64,000 nucleotides of DNA from Planktothrix sp. GU0601_MAG3 (lineage in GTDB: Bacteria; Cyanobacteriota; Cyanobacteriia; Cyanobacteriales; Microcoleaceae): contig CP136572.1 of NCBI GenBank assembly GCA_035193785.1, positions 5,117,706 to 5,181,705 of the forward strand, in the 5' to 3' direction. A program made the position numbers and the translations under genes. Shown here piece after piece: positions 46,950 through 58,189 of the stretch (position 1 is its first letter; each line of letters opens with the position of its first letter). The notes under the pieces are model-generated. The model saw only the letters and a list, made by a program, of their open reading frames with translations, made no database searches and was not told the origin of the DNA.

Positions 46950-48287
46950 ATGGTAAGACTTTATCAGCAATCGTTTGAAATTTTAAAAACAGAATTGCAA
47001 AAAAAAGCCAAAAAGGATTTAGTCGGGGAAGTTGGGGCGGGAATTATTCTGAAACGCTTGGAGAAATTGCGATCGCAGCCAGGAGAACCCCTGACTTTAG
47101 AGGAATTACAAAACTTGGTTTCCGATCAATTTCCTGACTTTAATCAATCGGTTTTAAAGCAAGCTGCAAAAGCTAATCGTCCCCCGGGAATCTGGCCGAT
47201 AATGGCTTTAGGTACGGCTATTCTCGGGGGATTTGTGGGACTTGTAGCTGTAGCTAATTTACCCTATCCGATGATTCGTTTGCCCGTGGCTAAAACCGTG
47301 CCAATTTTATTAATTCCCAGTTATATTAGTATGGATTATAACTATCGACAAGCCCTGTCCTTAGTAGAACAATCCGATCAATTAATTAATCAAGCTACAG
47401 CAATTACAGATATTGAGTTAGGCGTTGAAAAAGTAGAAAAATCCCAAAAACACCTTGACAAATTACCCGTTTGGTTTTTGGGTTATTATCCTCAAGCCTA
47501 CTGTTCTTTTATGGGTTGTATTTGGCGATTTACCTTCGATGAATATGAAAGTGCCAGAAAGAATATTGGCCGGATGGAATCTAAAATTTTTCAAGAACAA
47601 AATGCTTATAAAGAATATATAGAAACCGAACAATTAATTAAGGAATCTCAAAATAATTTCTCCAAACTTACCCCAGGAAATGAACAACAACAGATGATTA
47701 ACCTCTGGCAAAAAGCCATTGATAAATTAGATCAAATTCCCTCCCAAACCTTAGCCGGAAAATTAGCTAAAAAAGACTTAGAAACCGCGCAACGAGATTT
47801 TCAACAACAACTAGGATTTGTAGCCGGAAGTATTAAAGGAAATACCTTAATTGATGCGGCAATGCAATTTGGAATTCAAGCCGCTAAATCCTCTCAAAAT
47901 CCGCCTCATACCTCCAAACAATGGGAACAAGTGATGAAATTATGGCAAGAAGCAATTCGTCGTTTAGAACAAGTTCCAACGGATAATCCCAGTTATTCAG
48001 ATGCTCAGAAAAAATTAGCCGAATATCAATTCAATTTAGGGAGTTCCGAAAATCGGTTACAGGCAGAAAAAGACGCGGTAGAATCCGTTAAACAGGCAAA
48101 AGCTGAGATTGCTAAATGGCAAACCTCAGCCCGTTCTAAAGAGCCTAATATTGGTTACTTAATTGGTCAATTAACTGATATTATTAGTATATTAGAACAG
48201 GTTCCCGCCGGGACAACGGTTAGTGCGGAAGCCCAAAAATTATTAGGATCAGCACGACATACCCGTGATAAGTTATATAATAACTAA
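46950..48287 (+). CDS. Hypothetical membrane-anchored helical protein
   Basis: One TM segment, then W..AI..L..(I/V)P helical repeats. Confidence 0.7.
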   Translation: MVRLYQQSFEILKTELQKKAKKDLVGEVGAGIILKRLEKLRSQPGEPLTLEELQNLVSDQFPDFNQSVLKQAAKANRPPGIWPIMALGTAILGGFVGLVAVANLPYPMIRLPVAKTVPILLIPSYISMDYNYRQALSLVEQSDQLINQATAITDIELGVEKVEKSQKHLDKLPVWFLGYYPQAYCSFMGCIWRFTFDEYESARKNIGRMESKIFQEQNAYKEYIETEQLIKESQNNFSKLTPGNEQQQMINLWQKAIDKLDQIPSQTLAGKLAKKDLETAQRDFQQQLGFVAGSIKGNTLIDAAMQFGIQAAKSSQNPPHTSKQWEQVMKLWQEAIRRLEQVPTDNPSYSDAQKKLAEYQFNLGSSENRLQAEKDAVESVKQAKAEIAKWQTSARSKEPNIGYLIGQLTDIISILEQVPAGTTVSAEAQKLLGSARHTRDKLYNN

Positions 48288-48339
48288 CTTGATATTTTGA
48301 AACTGTTCTGTCCTGAAAATCAATTAATTCTCTATAATT

Positions 48340-49435
48340 ATGACTCAAACACCACAAGATTCTGCCTCCTTTGTTTCCTCAACACCAGATCCATCAATAG
48401 ATACGGCTAAATTAATACAATTATTACGGCGAAAAGAAGGCAATTGGGTGGGGTGGGGCGATGCCTGTGCTAAGTTACAAAAATCCGGTTATAATCCCCA
48501 ACAAATTTTTGAAGAAACGGGTTTTGAGCCGATTCAACAAAATCAAGTAATTGTAGCAGGACAAGTTTTTACCTCCTTAGTCAAAGGCAATTTATCCGAA
48601 GAAATTCAATCCTATTTCCAAAACCGAGGAAGCGATATTTTATATGAATTTCGTATCCTGAATCAAGAAGAAAGGGTGATAGCGACGGAATTTTCAGATC
48701 AACGCAAATTAGACGCGGATGAAGCCCGAGAATTAGCCAAGGCCATCAAAGAATTCTCTCGATTTTCAATTCTCCCCCCCGGTTTTTCCGATCATCCTGG
48801 GGATGCCTTAGCCTATCAAGCCTGGAAAGCTGCCCGACAACAACAAGATTTACAACAGCGATCGCGTTTAATTGCGAAAGGATTAAAATATGCTCACTCC
48901 CAAACCGCCCGAGAAACCATAGAACAACTGTTAACAGATTTTTCGATTACCGCCAAAAAATCAGCGCCACGTTTACCCATTTATCGTTTAGAAACAGAAG
49001 AAGATCTACCCCGTTTAATTCCGGTCGCAGGGAAATTTCCCTTAACCACATCGGACTTTAAAGCCGTTCCTTTAATTGAAGAACTAGGGGAATTTCGGAT
49101 TGTTAAATCATCAGGGAATGTAGCTTGGGTAGCGGTTTCCCGGGTGGCAAGTGGTCAGAAATGCGGAAGATCCCGTTGTAATTTTAGGAAATAGTGCCAA
49201 TTTACCAAACCCCTTACCCGGTAAATCAGAACCGGTTTTAATCCTAATTGATCGCGCCCAACGGCAATGGGATCTTGATTCTTATTTCTTAGTTGAAGAA
49301 GCCGAACATTTAGAAATGCAATGGTTTGATGAAACTCCTGCTATTAATTTACTAGGAAAATTAATTTTAATCATGCGTCCTAAAAAGGTCTTAGATGAAG
49401 ATCAAATCCATGATGTTTGGCAAATTGATGAATAA
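48340..49435 (+). CDS. raf1: RuBisCO accumulation factor 1; frameshift near 49138
   Basis: LRRKEGNWV.WG, IFEETGFEPIQQNQVIV, F..HPGDA, APRLP.YR, RPKK...WQIDE. Confidence 0.92.
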
Positions 49436-49544
49436 GAAAAATGGGTTAATATTCCCATGAAATTCATCAAAACCAAAAGCAGTGCGAGCATCCTTGCTCG
49501 CTATTTACACCCAACAAATTCACCATTCACACCCAACAAATCCT

Positions 49545-49794
49545 AAAATCCGTGAAATCCGTGAAATCCTCTTAAATCCGCATCACGGATTAAACGGATT
49601 ACGCAGATTAACACAGATTAAAATCCGTGAAATCCTCTTAAATCCGCATCACGGATTAAACGGATTACGCAGATTAACACAGATTAAAATCCGTGAAATC
49701 CTCTTAAATCCGCATCACGGATTAAACGGATTACGCAGATTAACACAGATTAAAATCCGTGAAATCCGTGAAATCCTCTTAAATCCGTGATCCC
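49545..49794. repeat. Three tandem 66-bp units of the dispersed ATCACGGATT/AATCCGTGA repeat
   Basis: Unit aaaatccgtgaaatcctcttaaatccgcatcacggattaaacggattacgcagattaacacagatt repeated with no unique spacers. Confidence 0.92.
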
Positions 49795-50675
49795 TATTTT
49801 ATTCTATTATGACGATACCAACGATAACCATAAATTCCCCCTCCAATGATTAATAAATAGGGACTAAAAGCCAATAACCATAAAACCAATCCCACCAATA
49901 GCCAGGTAAATTCACCCATCGTATGAGTTGCTTTTCCCCAAGTTTCCTGCACTCTTAAACCCAGATTTTCCTGAGCCGGAGAGACAGAAACCAGCGATTC
50001 AATACTTAAATTAATCGTCGAATAAGCCACTTGATTTTGCAAATTTCTTAACTGAGCATCAATGCGTTCAATGGATTCTCGAATGTTACTTAATTCATTA
50101 GCCGCCTTCAAAACATCCCCAACGGAACCCGAGCGCTCCATAATTTTTAATACCATTTCCTCCGATTTCCGTAAATTTCGCAGTCGCGCCTGGACATCGA
50201 CTAATTGATCCGAAACATCCTCCGCCGTAATCATTTGATTTTCTACCGTTCCCAACTTTGCTAACGCATTTAAAGTGGTTTCTAAGCGCTGTTGGGGCAC
50301 TCTAAATTCCAAATAAGCCGTTTGACGCTGACTATTATCCGGGGATTTTTGAGCCTCAAATTTCAAAATATCCCCTTGCTGTTTTTTAATAATTTCCGTA
50401 ATTGATTCTGTGGTTTGATGAATTGATTGTACGATTAATGTTAATTGAGCGCGTTTAATCAGTTGGGATTGTTTTTTAGGTTCCGTGGTCGTAGGTTGCG
50501 GTGCAGAATTAGCCGTTTCCAGACTATCTGCTGTGGCTAAAGGTGCACTCGCGGGAGCAATCTGTTTAGCTTTATTCGCCTGAGCGCAACTCGATAAAGC
50601 TAAAATGGATACCATTAACCCTAAAAAAAATCTCAGCCTTAATCCAGTTCGAGAGCGAATTTGATCAGGATTCAT
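49794..50675 (-). CDS. DUF4349-like lipoprotein
   Basis: Lipobox LSSC, RVP, EDVSDQLVDVQARL, QVAYSTI, C-terminal TM. Confidence 0.85.
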   Translation of the reverse strand: MNPDQIRSRTGLRLRFFLGLMVSILALSSCAQANKAKQIAPASAPLATADSLETANSAPQPTTTEPKKQSQLIKRAQLTLIVQSIHQTTESITEIIKKQQGDILKFEAQKSPDNSQRQTAYLEFRVPQQRLETTLNALAKLGTVENQMITAEDVSDQLVDVQARLRNLRKSEEMVLKIMERSGSVGDVLKAANELSNIRESIERIDAQLRNLQNQVAYSTINLSIESLVSVSPAQENLGLRVQETWGKATHTMGEFTWLLVGLVLWLLAFSPYLLIIGGGIYGYRWYRHNRIK

Positions 50676-50856
50676 AGTGTTATATTCCTATTATTATTCA
50701 TTATTAACACTTTATCCCAAAAGTGCCAAATAGAGATGCTCTTGACGTTTGGCTCAATAAAGAATCTACACAATCATCTACATTCCCCCCTCAAAATACC
50801 TATAACAATTGAAAATTTTAAAATATAATTCAATTATTAATTAATTATGGTTAAAC

Positions 50857-51387
50857 ATGATTTTTGCCCCAGGAACCGGAACAATAACCGCGACTACACT
50901 AGAAAATCAATTTTTTACACTATGTTCGTTGATTCAAAATATTGAACGAGACGCGGCGAAAAATGATAAGGTAGTCAACCTTTTAACTTATACAATCGAC
51001 ACCGATACCGATATAGCTTCTGGATCGGCGTCAATTTACTGCACAATTACCCGTAACAGTACAACGGGAATTTTGGAGTTTACTTATCCGAATCCCTATA
51101 CAGGAGTCATTTATACCGAGGGTACGGGTGGAGATTCTAAATCCTCTGGGATAATTACAGAATCTTTAGTAGAACGAGCTTATTTAATAATTGCTGCTGA
51201 ACGAGAAAAAAAACGGAATGACCCAAACTTCACCAATAAATTGACCAATCCATCATGGTCAATCAATGACGTGCCGTTAAATTCCCCAATTCCGCATAAT
51301 GCAATTTTTAAATTTAATTTCAATCTACAAACTCAAACTACTTTTACGGGGAATGGGGAAAGTAGATATGCTGTGGAGTATCTCTAA
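50857..51387 (+). CDS. Hypothetical protein with two internal repeats of about 85 aa; putative structural
   Basis: GTG...ER....ND...N.LT occurs twice. Confidence 0.7.
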   Translation: MIFAPGTGTITATTLENQFFTLCSLIQNIERDAAKNDKVVNLLTYTIDTDTDIASGSASIYCTITRNSTTGILEFTYPNPYTGVIYTEGTGGDSKSSGIITESLVERAYLIIAAEREKKRNDPNFTNKLTNPSWSINDVPLNSPIPHNAIFKFNFNLQTQTTFTGNGESRYAVEYL

Positions 51388-52359
51388 ATGCCTACAGACA
51401 GCGTTAAGAATATTGAACGGGCTTTCACTGGTAGGGTTCCGGTTGTTGAATTAAATAATGATGCACCAATTAATCAAGTTTTTGAAATCATAAATTACCG
51501 CGATATTCTTTCAAGAATTAAGCCCGTTGGGGCTACAAACATTAATCTTTCAATTGCACTGGAAACTTTGCAGTTAATTTCGTATTTACCAGGAATATTT
51601 AAACCCAACAAATTACCTGATTATGATGAGGATTTAATTCCCTTACTACAAAAGCAAGCTGAGGATTTAGCATGGATGGCAGAATTTAATCCATCTACTC
51701 AATATGCTTTAGAAATTACTCTGTTTGAATCTTGGTACTCTGGCAATTGGTCTACTTGGTCAGCGCTTGCGAGAAAGTGGTTGTATAACCAACAAACAGA
51801 ATATTATTTGGATTTGATTAATCCATTTTTAAATAATACCAAAAATTCTGATATTGGAGATTCTAACTATAGATTAGGCTTGGCAATAACCCAAAAACCA
51901 ACACAACAAACCGCTAAAGCAAACGAAAATTATATTAGGATTCGGGGCGCTTACAGTGGAATTATTACCTATGAACAACCGCCAACAGTGGTAACGGCGG
52001 TAACTTTAAATAAACAGAGTAATTTTTTGAATCCAATTCCACTAAATACTCCGAACCAGATACTTTATACTGATTACAATAGGAGAATTTTATATTTACA
52101 GAATACGGGGAAATCAATTGTATATTTTAACTTTGATCAAAATTTAATTTCTCCAGAAGCAAGCCCGTTTTTACTACCTGGAGAAACCTTTACTTTTGAA
52201 GGTGGAGAGTTTAAATGGTCAGGGGGAGGAAGTCAATTTTTACCCCCAATGGCTCAATATTTATTTCAGACAGGGGTATGGATTTATTGTCAAGGCAAGA
52301 ACACAGACGATAAAAGCACAACTAAAAACTCTATAGCTTGGATGCAATTTCTAGGATAA
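51388..52359 (+). CDS. Hypothetical protein with C-terminal small beta-sandwich-like domain
   Basis: Starts immediately after the upstream stop; RRILYLQNTGKSIVYF...LLPGE. Confidence 0.7.
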   Translation: MPTDSVKNIERAFTGRVPVVELNNDAPINQVFEIINYRDILSRIKPVGATNINLSIALETLQLISYLPGIFKPNKLPDYDEDLIPLLQKQAEDLAWMAEFNPSTQYALEITLFESWYSGNWSTWSALARKWLYNQQTEYYLDLINPFLNNTKNSDIGDSNYRLGLAITQKPTQQTAKANENYIRIRGAYSGIITYEQPPTVVTAVTLNKQSNFLNPIPLNTPNQILYTDYNRRILYLQNTGKSIVYFNFDQNLISPEASPFLLPGETFTFEGGEFKWSGGGSQFLPPMAQYLFQTGVWIYCQGKNTDDKSTTKNSIAWMQFLG

Positions 52360-52366
52360 TTAAATT

Positions 52367-53324
52367 ATGGGAATATCAAATAATTTCATTAAATCAACTG
52401 TTGGGAGCATTGGGAATATTGATTTATCAGGAATAACGGGACTTAATACAAGCTACCGATATTTTAAGGAGGGCTATTATTTATTTACCCCCAATCACCC
52501 CACCATAATTGTTCCTGCCACTCCAACCAAAGTAAATAGAGAAATTCAGATAAATTATAGGGAGGATTTAAACCAATGGGGCAGTAATGATCTTAAAATA
52601 TATTGGGGAAGTAAAAACCAACATCCAAAAACAATCAAATTAGGCGGGGGATATTTAGATACTTCAGATGGGGGAATAGCTTTAGTTGCTGAATGTTCTG
52701 AAACAGTTATTGTAGAGGTTATAATTAGGCAAGATACACCGATTAGTTATACCGTTGGCAATTTTTTAATAGGAGATGATCTCGTGATACCAGTAAAAAT
52801 AAGGTTAGCAGTAGGAAACTGGGTCTAATTACGTTGATATCAACGAAGATTCTTATGATTCAGATGAATATCAATATCTAATCAATTTACAGAAACTTAA
52901 AAATTCTGACTCAGGAGCTACGGGATATAAATTGTTTGATATTTATAGTTTTTATCCGGGGCGTGCAATTACTTTTGATGTAAATATTACTGATGCCACA
53001 AAATACGGAAATGTTGCTATTCAGTTATTCGATCCATTAACCGTTAGTGAGGTACTTTTCGCGGTGGCTAATGATGTCATCAATTTGGAACTGAATAACA
53101 TGGGTACAAGGTTTATTGGTAATTTAACTAGAAATGCTTTATACAACGATGTTGTAAATAGCCAAATAATTATTACTCCTGATTTCAGTCGGCACATTGG
53201 GCGGTTTGTGGCTCAAAATAAGAGTAACAACGACGCTTACGATACAGTAATTATTGAAGATTATGTACCTAATGCGATTGACCCACTTTTAGGTGGAACT
53301 TTTACGCTAACGGGAGATTTTTAA
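52367..53324 (+). CDS. Hypothetical beta-rich protein of about 318 aa (two ORFs joined; frameshift near 52816)
   Basis: Removing one A from ggaaact gives a continuous frame VGTGSNYVDINED...GYKLFDIYSF. Confidence 0.6.
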
Positions 53325-55733
53325 TGGCAGACAAGAAACCAGAATGGAGCGATTATGCCTACGATAATGATTCAATCTCTAAACGGTTAGGAATTGACAA
53401 AGATGAAGTCAGAAAATTGAAAAATGATGCGGCAGAAAGAAGTAAAGACACAGGAGAGGGTGTAGGAAATAAAAATATTGGCTTAGGAATTGGAGCAAGT
53501 ATTGATACAAACGATCTAAGAAATTCCGCCTTAAGAATTGGGGCTAAAATTCCCGGCTTTGGAATTGAATATGATACCAATGGAGAAGGTTCTATTGATA
53601 TCTTAGATTTAATTAAAGTTGAAACGGTCAGAATTAAATGTTTCTATATTCAACGGTTTTATTTGGCAGGTCAATTTTTGTATTCTGATATTCAGAAAGT
53701 TGATTCGGAAGAATGTAACAAAGAACCGGAAACCGGAACCGGAACCAGAACCAGGCCCAGATCCAAAACCACTTGATCCCATTACAAAATGGCCGCCTAC
53801 ACCAAAAGGAGGAAGTAACAAGCCCGAAAGAGCTCTAATAATTTATGAAGGAAGTGTTTTTCAATCTGAAGTATCAAATTTAAGAGGAGTTCCATTTTCT
53901 GTCTCTTCTTCTTACAGAAGTAGGTACGCAGCACACGACTTTAATCCTTCAACAAATGAAATTACAATTTCAAAAAGTGTAAATACTTCTTATGGTGCAA
54001 ATTCATCTGTAACAGAAAAAGTTAATTTATATTATGCCACTGGTGCTGATGGAATGCCTTATCCATATTACAGTGAAACTGTATATGTAAAAGCTATTGA
54101 GTCTTATGTAAGAATATATCATTTAAGCGGAGGGATTTTGTTTGTTGATGGAACTGAAAAAATTATAGAAAATTTTGCAGATACATTAAACTATCAGCGA
54201 AATTATTCTTATGCTGGTTGGGGTGGGCCAGGAGGAAGATCTATTTATAGTGCAACCTCTTATGCTTACAGTGATAAATATAATAGACTTTTAGCCAAAT
54301 TTGTAAATAGCTCTTATAGTTATAATGTACCATCGGGCTGGGAATCGCGACCAAACGATAGTATAGCTGGTACTTATTCAGAAATACATAGGGTAAAAAG
54401 TATTATTTATATTGATAGAATCCCTAAAAAACAGCCAAAAAATTCTCCACTACAACCCGATAAAAAAATGGACAAAGATTGCTGCGAGAAACTAGAGAAA
54501 CTCTTGAAAAGACTTTCCAAATATCAAGGGTTAGGACAAAAAATCAAGCCTATTAATGTCAAGGACAATAAAATTGAAGAAAAAGGGGGCAAGGATGAAA
54601 ATTTCCCAATGAAGATTCCGAAAAGATGGATTGACAGGGAAGCCAAGCCCAAAGATGACTACGAAGTTCAGAATATGCGACACCTTATCCTATCAGTCGG
54701 GATAATGCTTGACAGATTCGAGGAACTGTTTAACCCCGCAGGAAAAGATAAGGGATTTCCACTCAAAAAACCAGAGGAGGGAATCTGGAAATGGCTACCG
54801 GGGGACGGGGGGGATTATGAAGCTCCCGACCCCAATTATGATCCTAAAAAATCTAAGGATGATGGGAAGATTAAGAATAAAAAATTAAAGATAAATTCCT
54901 ATTTAGATTTATTCAGATATTTCCTAGAATCTCAAATCAGATTAGAATTACTATTTCCTATAGCTCAGATTAGAGATTCTGAGATTAGCAAGCGGTTAAT
55001 TTACCCCAAAGCTCCGGGGACAATTAAAATCAATGATTTAATTCAATTTCAAGAATTAATGTTGTTATTCATCAATAAAACTTTGGGCGATCCATCTGGA
55101 GCAGTAATCATTAAGGATGCTGACCCAACTCAAGAAGGAGCGCAACCTTTAACAATTGAAAATTTCGATATTTCGGATATGTTGCGGAAATTATTAAGAT
55201 TCTCAGTAGACATTAATTCCGATATTGACTTAACTAATAATTTCAGTAAACGCACCCTTTACCAACTGTTATCCGCGATGCAGGTATTAGTAAAAAATCA
55301 CGAAATGACCGAGGCAATTTTTGAGGATTTGGGGATGAAAGAGGAACAAAGTTTTGTCCCGGTTAAATTTTTTGCTGATCCTTATGCGGGGGCTTGGGGA
55401 GCGGGGAAAGGATTCGATCCCGCTAAAATAAAAGTTGAAAATTCAGAGGCAAATATAGAAGCCAATTTGGAGGCATTTTTACAGGAAAAAGAGGTAGAGG
55501 TTAAAGTTAGTCGAAGGGCTAAAGACGAAACCACCGACATCAGGGATTTACTAGCACAAATTGGGCGGTACGCGGCGGAGTTAGCGGCTCAGGGGAAAAT
55601 TCCGAATAATCCAGAAGCGATTCAGCAAGCCATTGATAAGGCTAGATTTGAACTTCAAACTGAATCCGCAATCCGGCGAACGGATGTTCGGCAGGCTTCA
55701 GCAGCCGGGCGAGTGCGAAACCAAGCGAAATAA
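53324..55733 (+). CDS. Large multidomain hypothetical protein of about 800 aa (two ORFs joined; frameshift near 53730)
   Basis: ECNKEP joins EPEPEPGPDPKP after removing one A; Pro linker, Tyr/Ser-rich domain, repeated C-terminal units. Confidence 0.65.
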
Positions 55734-55752
55734 ACCTAAAAATAAACGATAA

Positions 55753-55775
55753 AACCCCGTTTGTTGGGCGGGGTT
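55753..55775. terminator. Hairpin after the large island gene
   Basis: aaccccg...cggggtt stem. Confidence 0.5.
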
Positions 55776-55817
55776 AGGGTGTGATTAAGGGGTCACAGTC
55801 CTATCTTATCAAAATGT

Positions 55818-56945
55818 ATGGCGATTTTATTGACTGAAGAATATATCCCCTCTAATGTTTATATTGGGGGTGCGGTTGCTAAGACTGAAGATAATTACGA
55901 AATAGCGCAGCCATTTATCGATTTTATTTCTGGCACAAAGTCAAATATTCAAAAACTAAAAAGTTGGATTAAATCAACAGCTATTAAAACTCAAAGCTGG
56001 TTGGAATACGGAAATAAAAATCCCCTTGATTGGCTGGCGGCTGGAGTTGATAGTATTTTAACAAAAGCTAATTATTACCAACGAACGTTTTTTGGGAGAA
56101 ATTTAAGCGGCTGGGCAAAAGATGATCCTGTAGCTTGGGGATGTGGTGTCGGTGCAGCTATTGGAACAGCTTTTTTAATTGGTGGATTAATATTATCAAG
56201 CCCAGTAGTAGGGGCTGTTGCTGCTGCGGGAGCCGCTGCTTATGTAGGATTTACCGCATTATCAGGGGGAGTAAAAGGCATTGTTCAAGCTGCAAAAATA
56301 GCGGTTAAAGGTCTTAATTTTATCCCCGGAATTGGTGGCTTAGTTCGTTGGGCTGTTGGTGGCGTGCAGCGTTTATGGTCATTTAACTGGAATCAAACCG
56401 ATGCTCAAATTAGAGCCAATCAAAAACAACAAATTAAGGCGTTAGCAGGGCGCTGGGGAGAGGCGTTAGGCGCAACAGTTGGGACGCTTTGCGGGTTTAC
56501 TTTAGGCCGTGCTGCCAAGGCAAACGCACCCCAATTAATGCGGTTTAATCCCCTGTTGTTGGCTAAATTGAAGGAATTAGAATTCCGTTCTTGGTCAGAG
56601 CCCGGGGAATTATGGGAAGAAGCTGTTGAAGAAATGAAATCAACGTTAGTGGCAAGCGGGCGGGCAATATTAGCGGTTATTTTTATGGAGACCTACGTTA
56701 ATGTTAGAAAATTAATCAAATCATTTGTTAAATATTCAGGACTCGGAACAGTTTTCCCATGGTTAGGAAAAGCCTCGGAACAATGGGGAAAAGAAGGTTC
56801 ACAGCCTTGGAGTTTTGCTAGTCAACAGGAAAAATCTATTGAGTCAATTAAGATTGATTGGCTTAAAGATTTTACTGAGGAATTTGTGGAGGCGGCACAG
56901 GATATGTGCGCCGAATCAACAATCATAGCCAGTTACGCGCTGTAG
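55818..56945 (+). CDS. Hypothetical Gly/Ala-rich membrane-associated protein
   Basis: Long hydrophobic GA-rich stretch (GVGAAIGTAFLIGGLILSSPVVGAVAAAGAAAYVG); acidic helical C-terminus. Confidence 0.75.
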   Translation: MAILLTEEYIPSNVYIGGAVAKTEDNYEIAQPFIDFISGTKSNIQKLKSWIKSTAIKTQSWLEYGNKNPLDWLAAGVDSILTKANYYQRTFFGRNLSGWAKDDPVAWGCGVGAAIGTAFLIGGLILSSPVVGAVAAAGAAAYVGFTALSGGVKGIVQAAKIAVKGLNFIPGIGGLVRWAVGGVQRLWSFNWNQTDAQIRANQKQQIKALAGRWGEALGATVGTLCGFTLGRAAKANAPQLMRFNPLLLAKLKELEFRSWSEPGELWEEAVEEMKSTLVASGRAILAVIFMETYVNVRKLIKSFVKYSGLGTVFPWLGKASEQWGKEGSQPWSFASQQEKSIESIKIDWLKDFTEEFVEAAQDMCAESTIIASYAL

Positions 56946-56983
56946 TTAAAATCCGCATTGTGCGGAATTTGGGAGGGAGAATC

Positions 56984-58036
56984 ATGGTAGATATTCGGAG
57001 TATTGCAGGGGAAATCCCTGGAAATTTTGCCCAAGGTTTAGGAGATGTTTTGAGTCGTCATCTTGACGCCGAATCAGGCGCCAAGGGAGATGACTGGCAA
57101 ATTGATACTTTTACTAATGACTTCGAGGATGAATTTCCGTTTGACCCCGAAGCCCCTGGCTCTCCCTACCCAGCTTATGGCCCCGAAGCTAATCGGGCGG
57201 CTGACGGCAAACCCTATGGGGACGAACGGAAAAATCGCCCCAAAGTTCACGAATTAAATCAACCTGAATTAGCTCAATCAAGAGGATGGCGAATCGTTGA
57301 TTTTTATCCAGAACGGAATACAAAAGATGAGTTTTATCGGATTTCTGGAACCCCAGCCGAAATTAGATTAATTATTCAAATGTTGAGACATACTCGCGAA
57401 ATTGTTCAAAAGTTTGCAGGTGGTGACGGGGATAATACTAGGGGTTTTTCTCAAATTAAAGCCATGCGAGGATGGCCAGAAATAAAAATTAAGTTTTACC
57501 AAAAAGAAAAATTAAAAACAGGGCAAAAATACCCACTTGATACATTGTTGTCAATTGCTTTAATCGGTTGGTCTGAAATTGATAAACCTAATAGTAAAAA
57601 ATTATCAATTAGTGATTTAAAACAGTTTAAATCTAAAATTGAAACGCTATTTTATGCAAATAAACAACCTTTTATACTAGAAAGAGGGAAAGAAGTGTGG
57701 AGTTACCAAAAATGGGAAGAAGGATATGCAAATTGGTTCCCCGCAAAAAATCGACAAGCTGCCTTAAACGTTTATCAAAAATTAGTACAAGTCAAAAATG
57801 ATAATTTTGATCCTTTGGCTGTTTTTCAAGGAAAAGCAGATCAAGAAACAGTTAAATATACAGAAACTCCACAAAAAGTTACAGTTTTAAACGAGGAAAA
57901 GGAGTTACCCATTTACAGAAGAACTGTAAACCTGGAATTTTGGCAATCTTGGATCGAGTTGCCCAAGACTCGGCAAAAAATAATCCTTGTGTCCAGATCT
58001 AACAAAACACCTGTTGACGAACGCTTAACTACTTAA
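56984..58036 (+). CDS. Hypothetical protein
   Basis: Long ORF; GGAG-type RBS upstream of the ATG at 56984. Confidence 0.75.
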   Translation: MVDIRSIAGEIPGNFAQGLGDVLSRHLDAESGAKGDDWQIDTFTNDFEDEFPFDPEAPGSPYPAYGPEANRAADGKPYGDERKNRPKVHELNQPELAQSRGWRIVDFYPERNTKDEFYRISGTPAEIRLIIQMLRHTREIVQKFAGGDGDNTRGFSQIKAMRGWPEIKIKFYQKEKLKTGQKYPLDTLLSIALIGWSEIDKPNSKKLSISDLKQFKSKIETLFYANKQPFILERGKEVWSYQKWEEGYANWFPAKNRQAALNVYQKLVQVKNDNFDPLAVFQGKADQETVKYTETPQKVTVLNEEKELPIYRRTVNLEFWQSWIELPKTRQKIILVSRSNKTPVDERLTT

Positions 58037-58066
58037 TTTTATACAGTTATAAACTAAATTATCTAT

Positions 58067-58096
58067 TTGCCGAACCTTAACCTTTGGAAGTATAAT
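58067..58096 (+). promoter_or_regulatory. Possible sigma70 promoter internal to the island
   Basis: TTGCCG-18 bp-TATAAT in the longest gap of the plus-strand module. Confidence 0.4.
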
Positions 58097-58189
58097 TAAG
58101 GTAAATAATTAAGCTGAAACCCTTGCATATCAAGGGATAGATATGTTAGTTTGAAATCTGAAAATCATTTCACTCAGGACTTTTAATTT

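Noticed and set aside
49482..49790. 102-aa ORF with repeated KIREILLNPHHG
   Set aside because: It is a translation of the 66-bp tandem repeat (66 is a multiple of 3)
49545..49794. Possible CRISPR array
   Set aside because: The units are identical head-to-tail with no unique spacers, and no cas genes are present
50680..50856. Attachment site or tRNA at the island's left edge
   Set aside because: No tRNA-like sequence is visible, and the partner repeat would be outside the window, so it cannot be supported
53830..54420. Diversity-generating retroelement target in the large island protein
   Set aside because: No template repeat or reverse transcriptase is seen in the window
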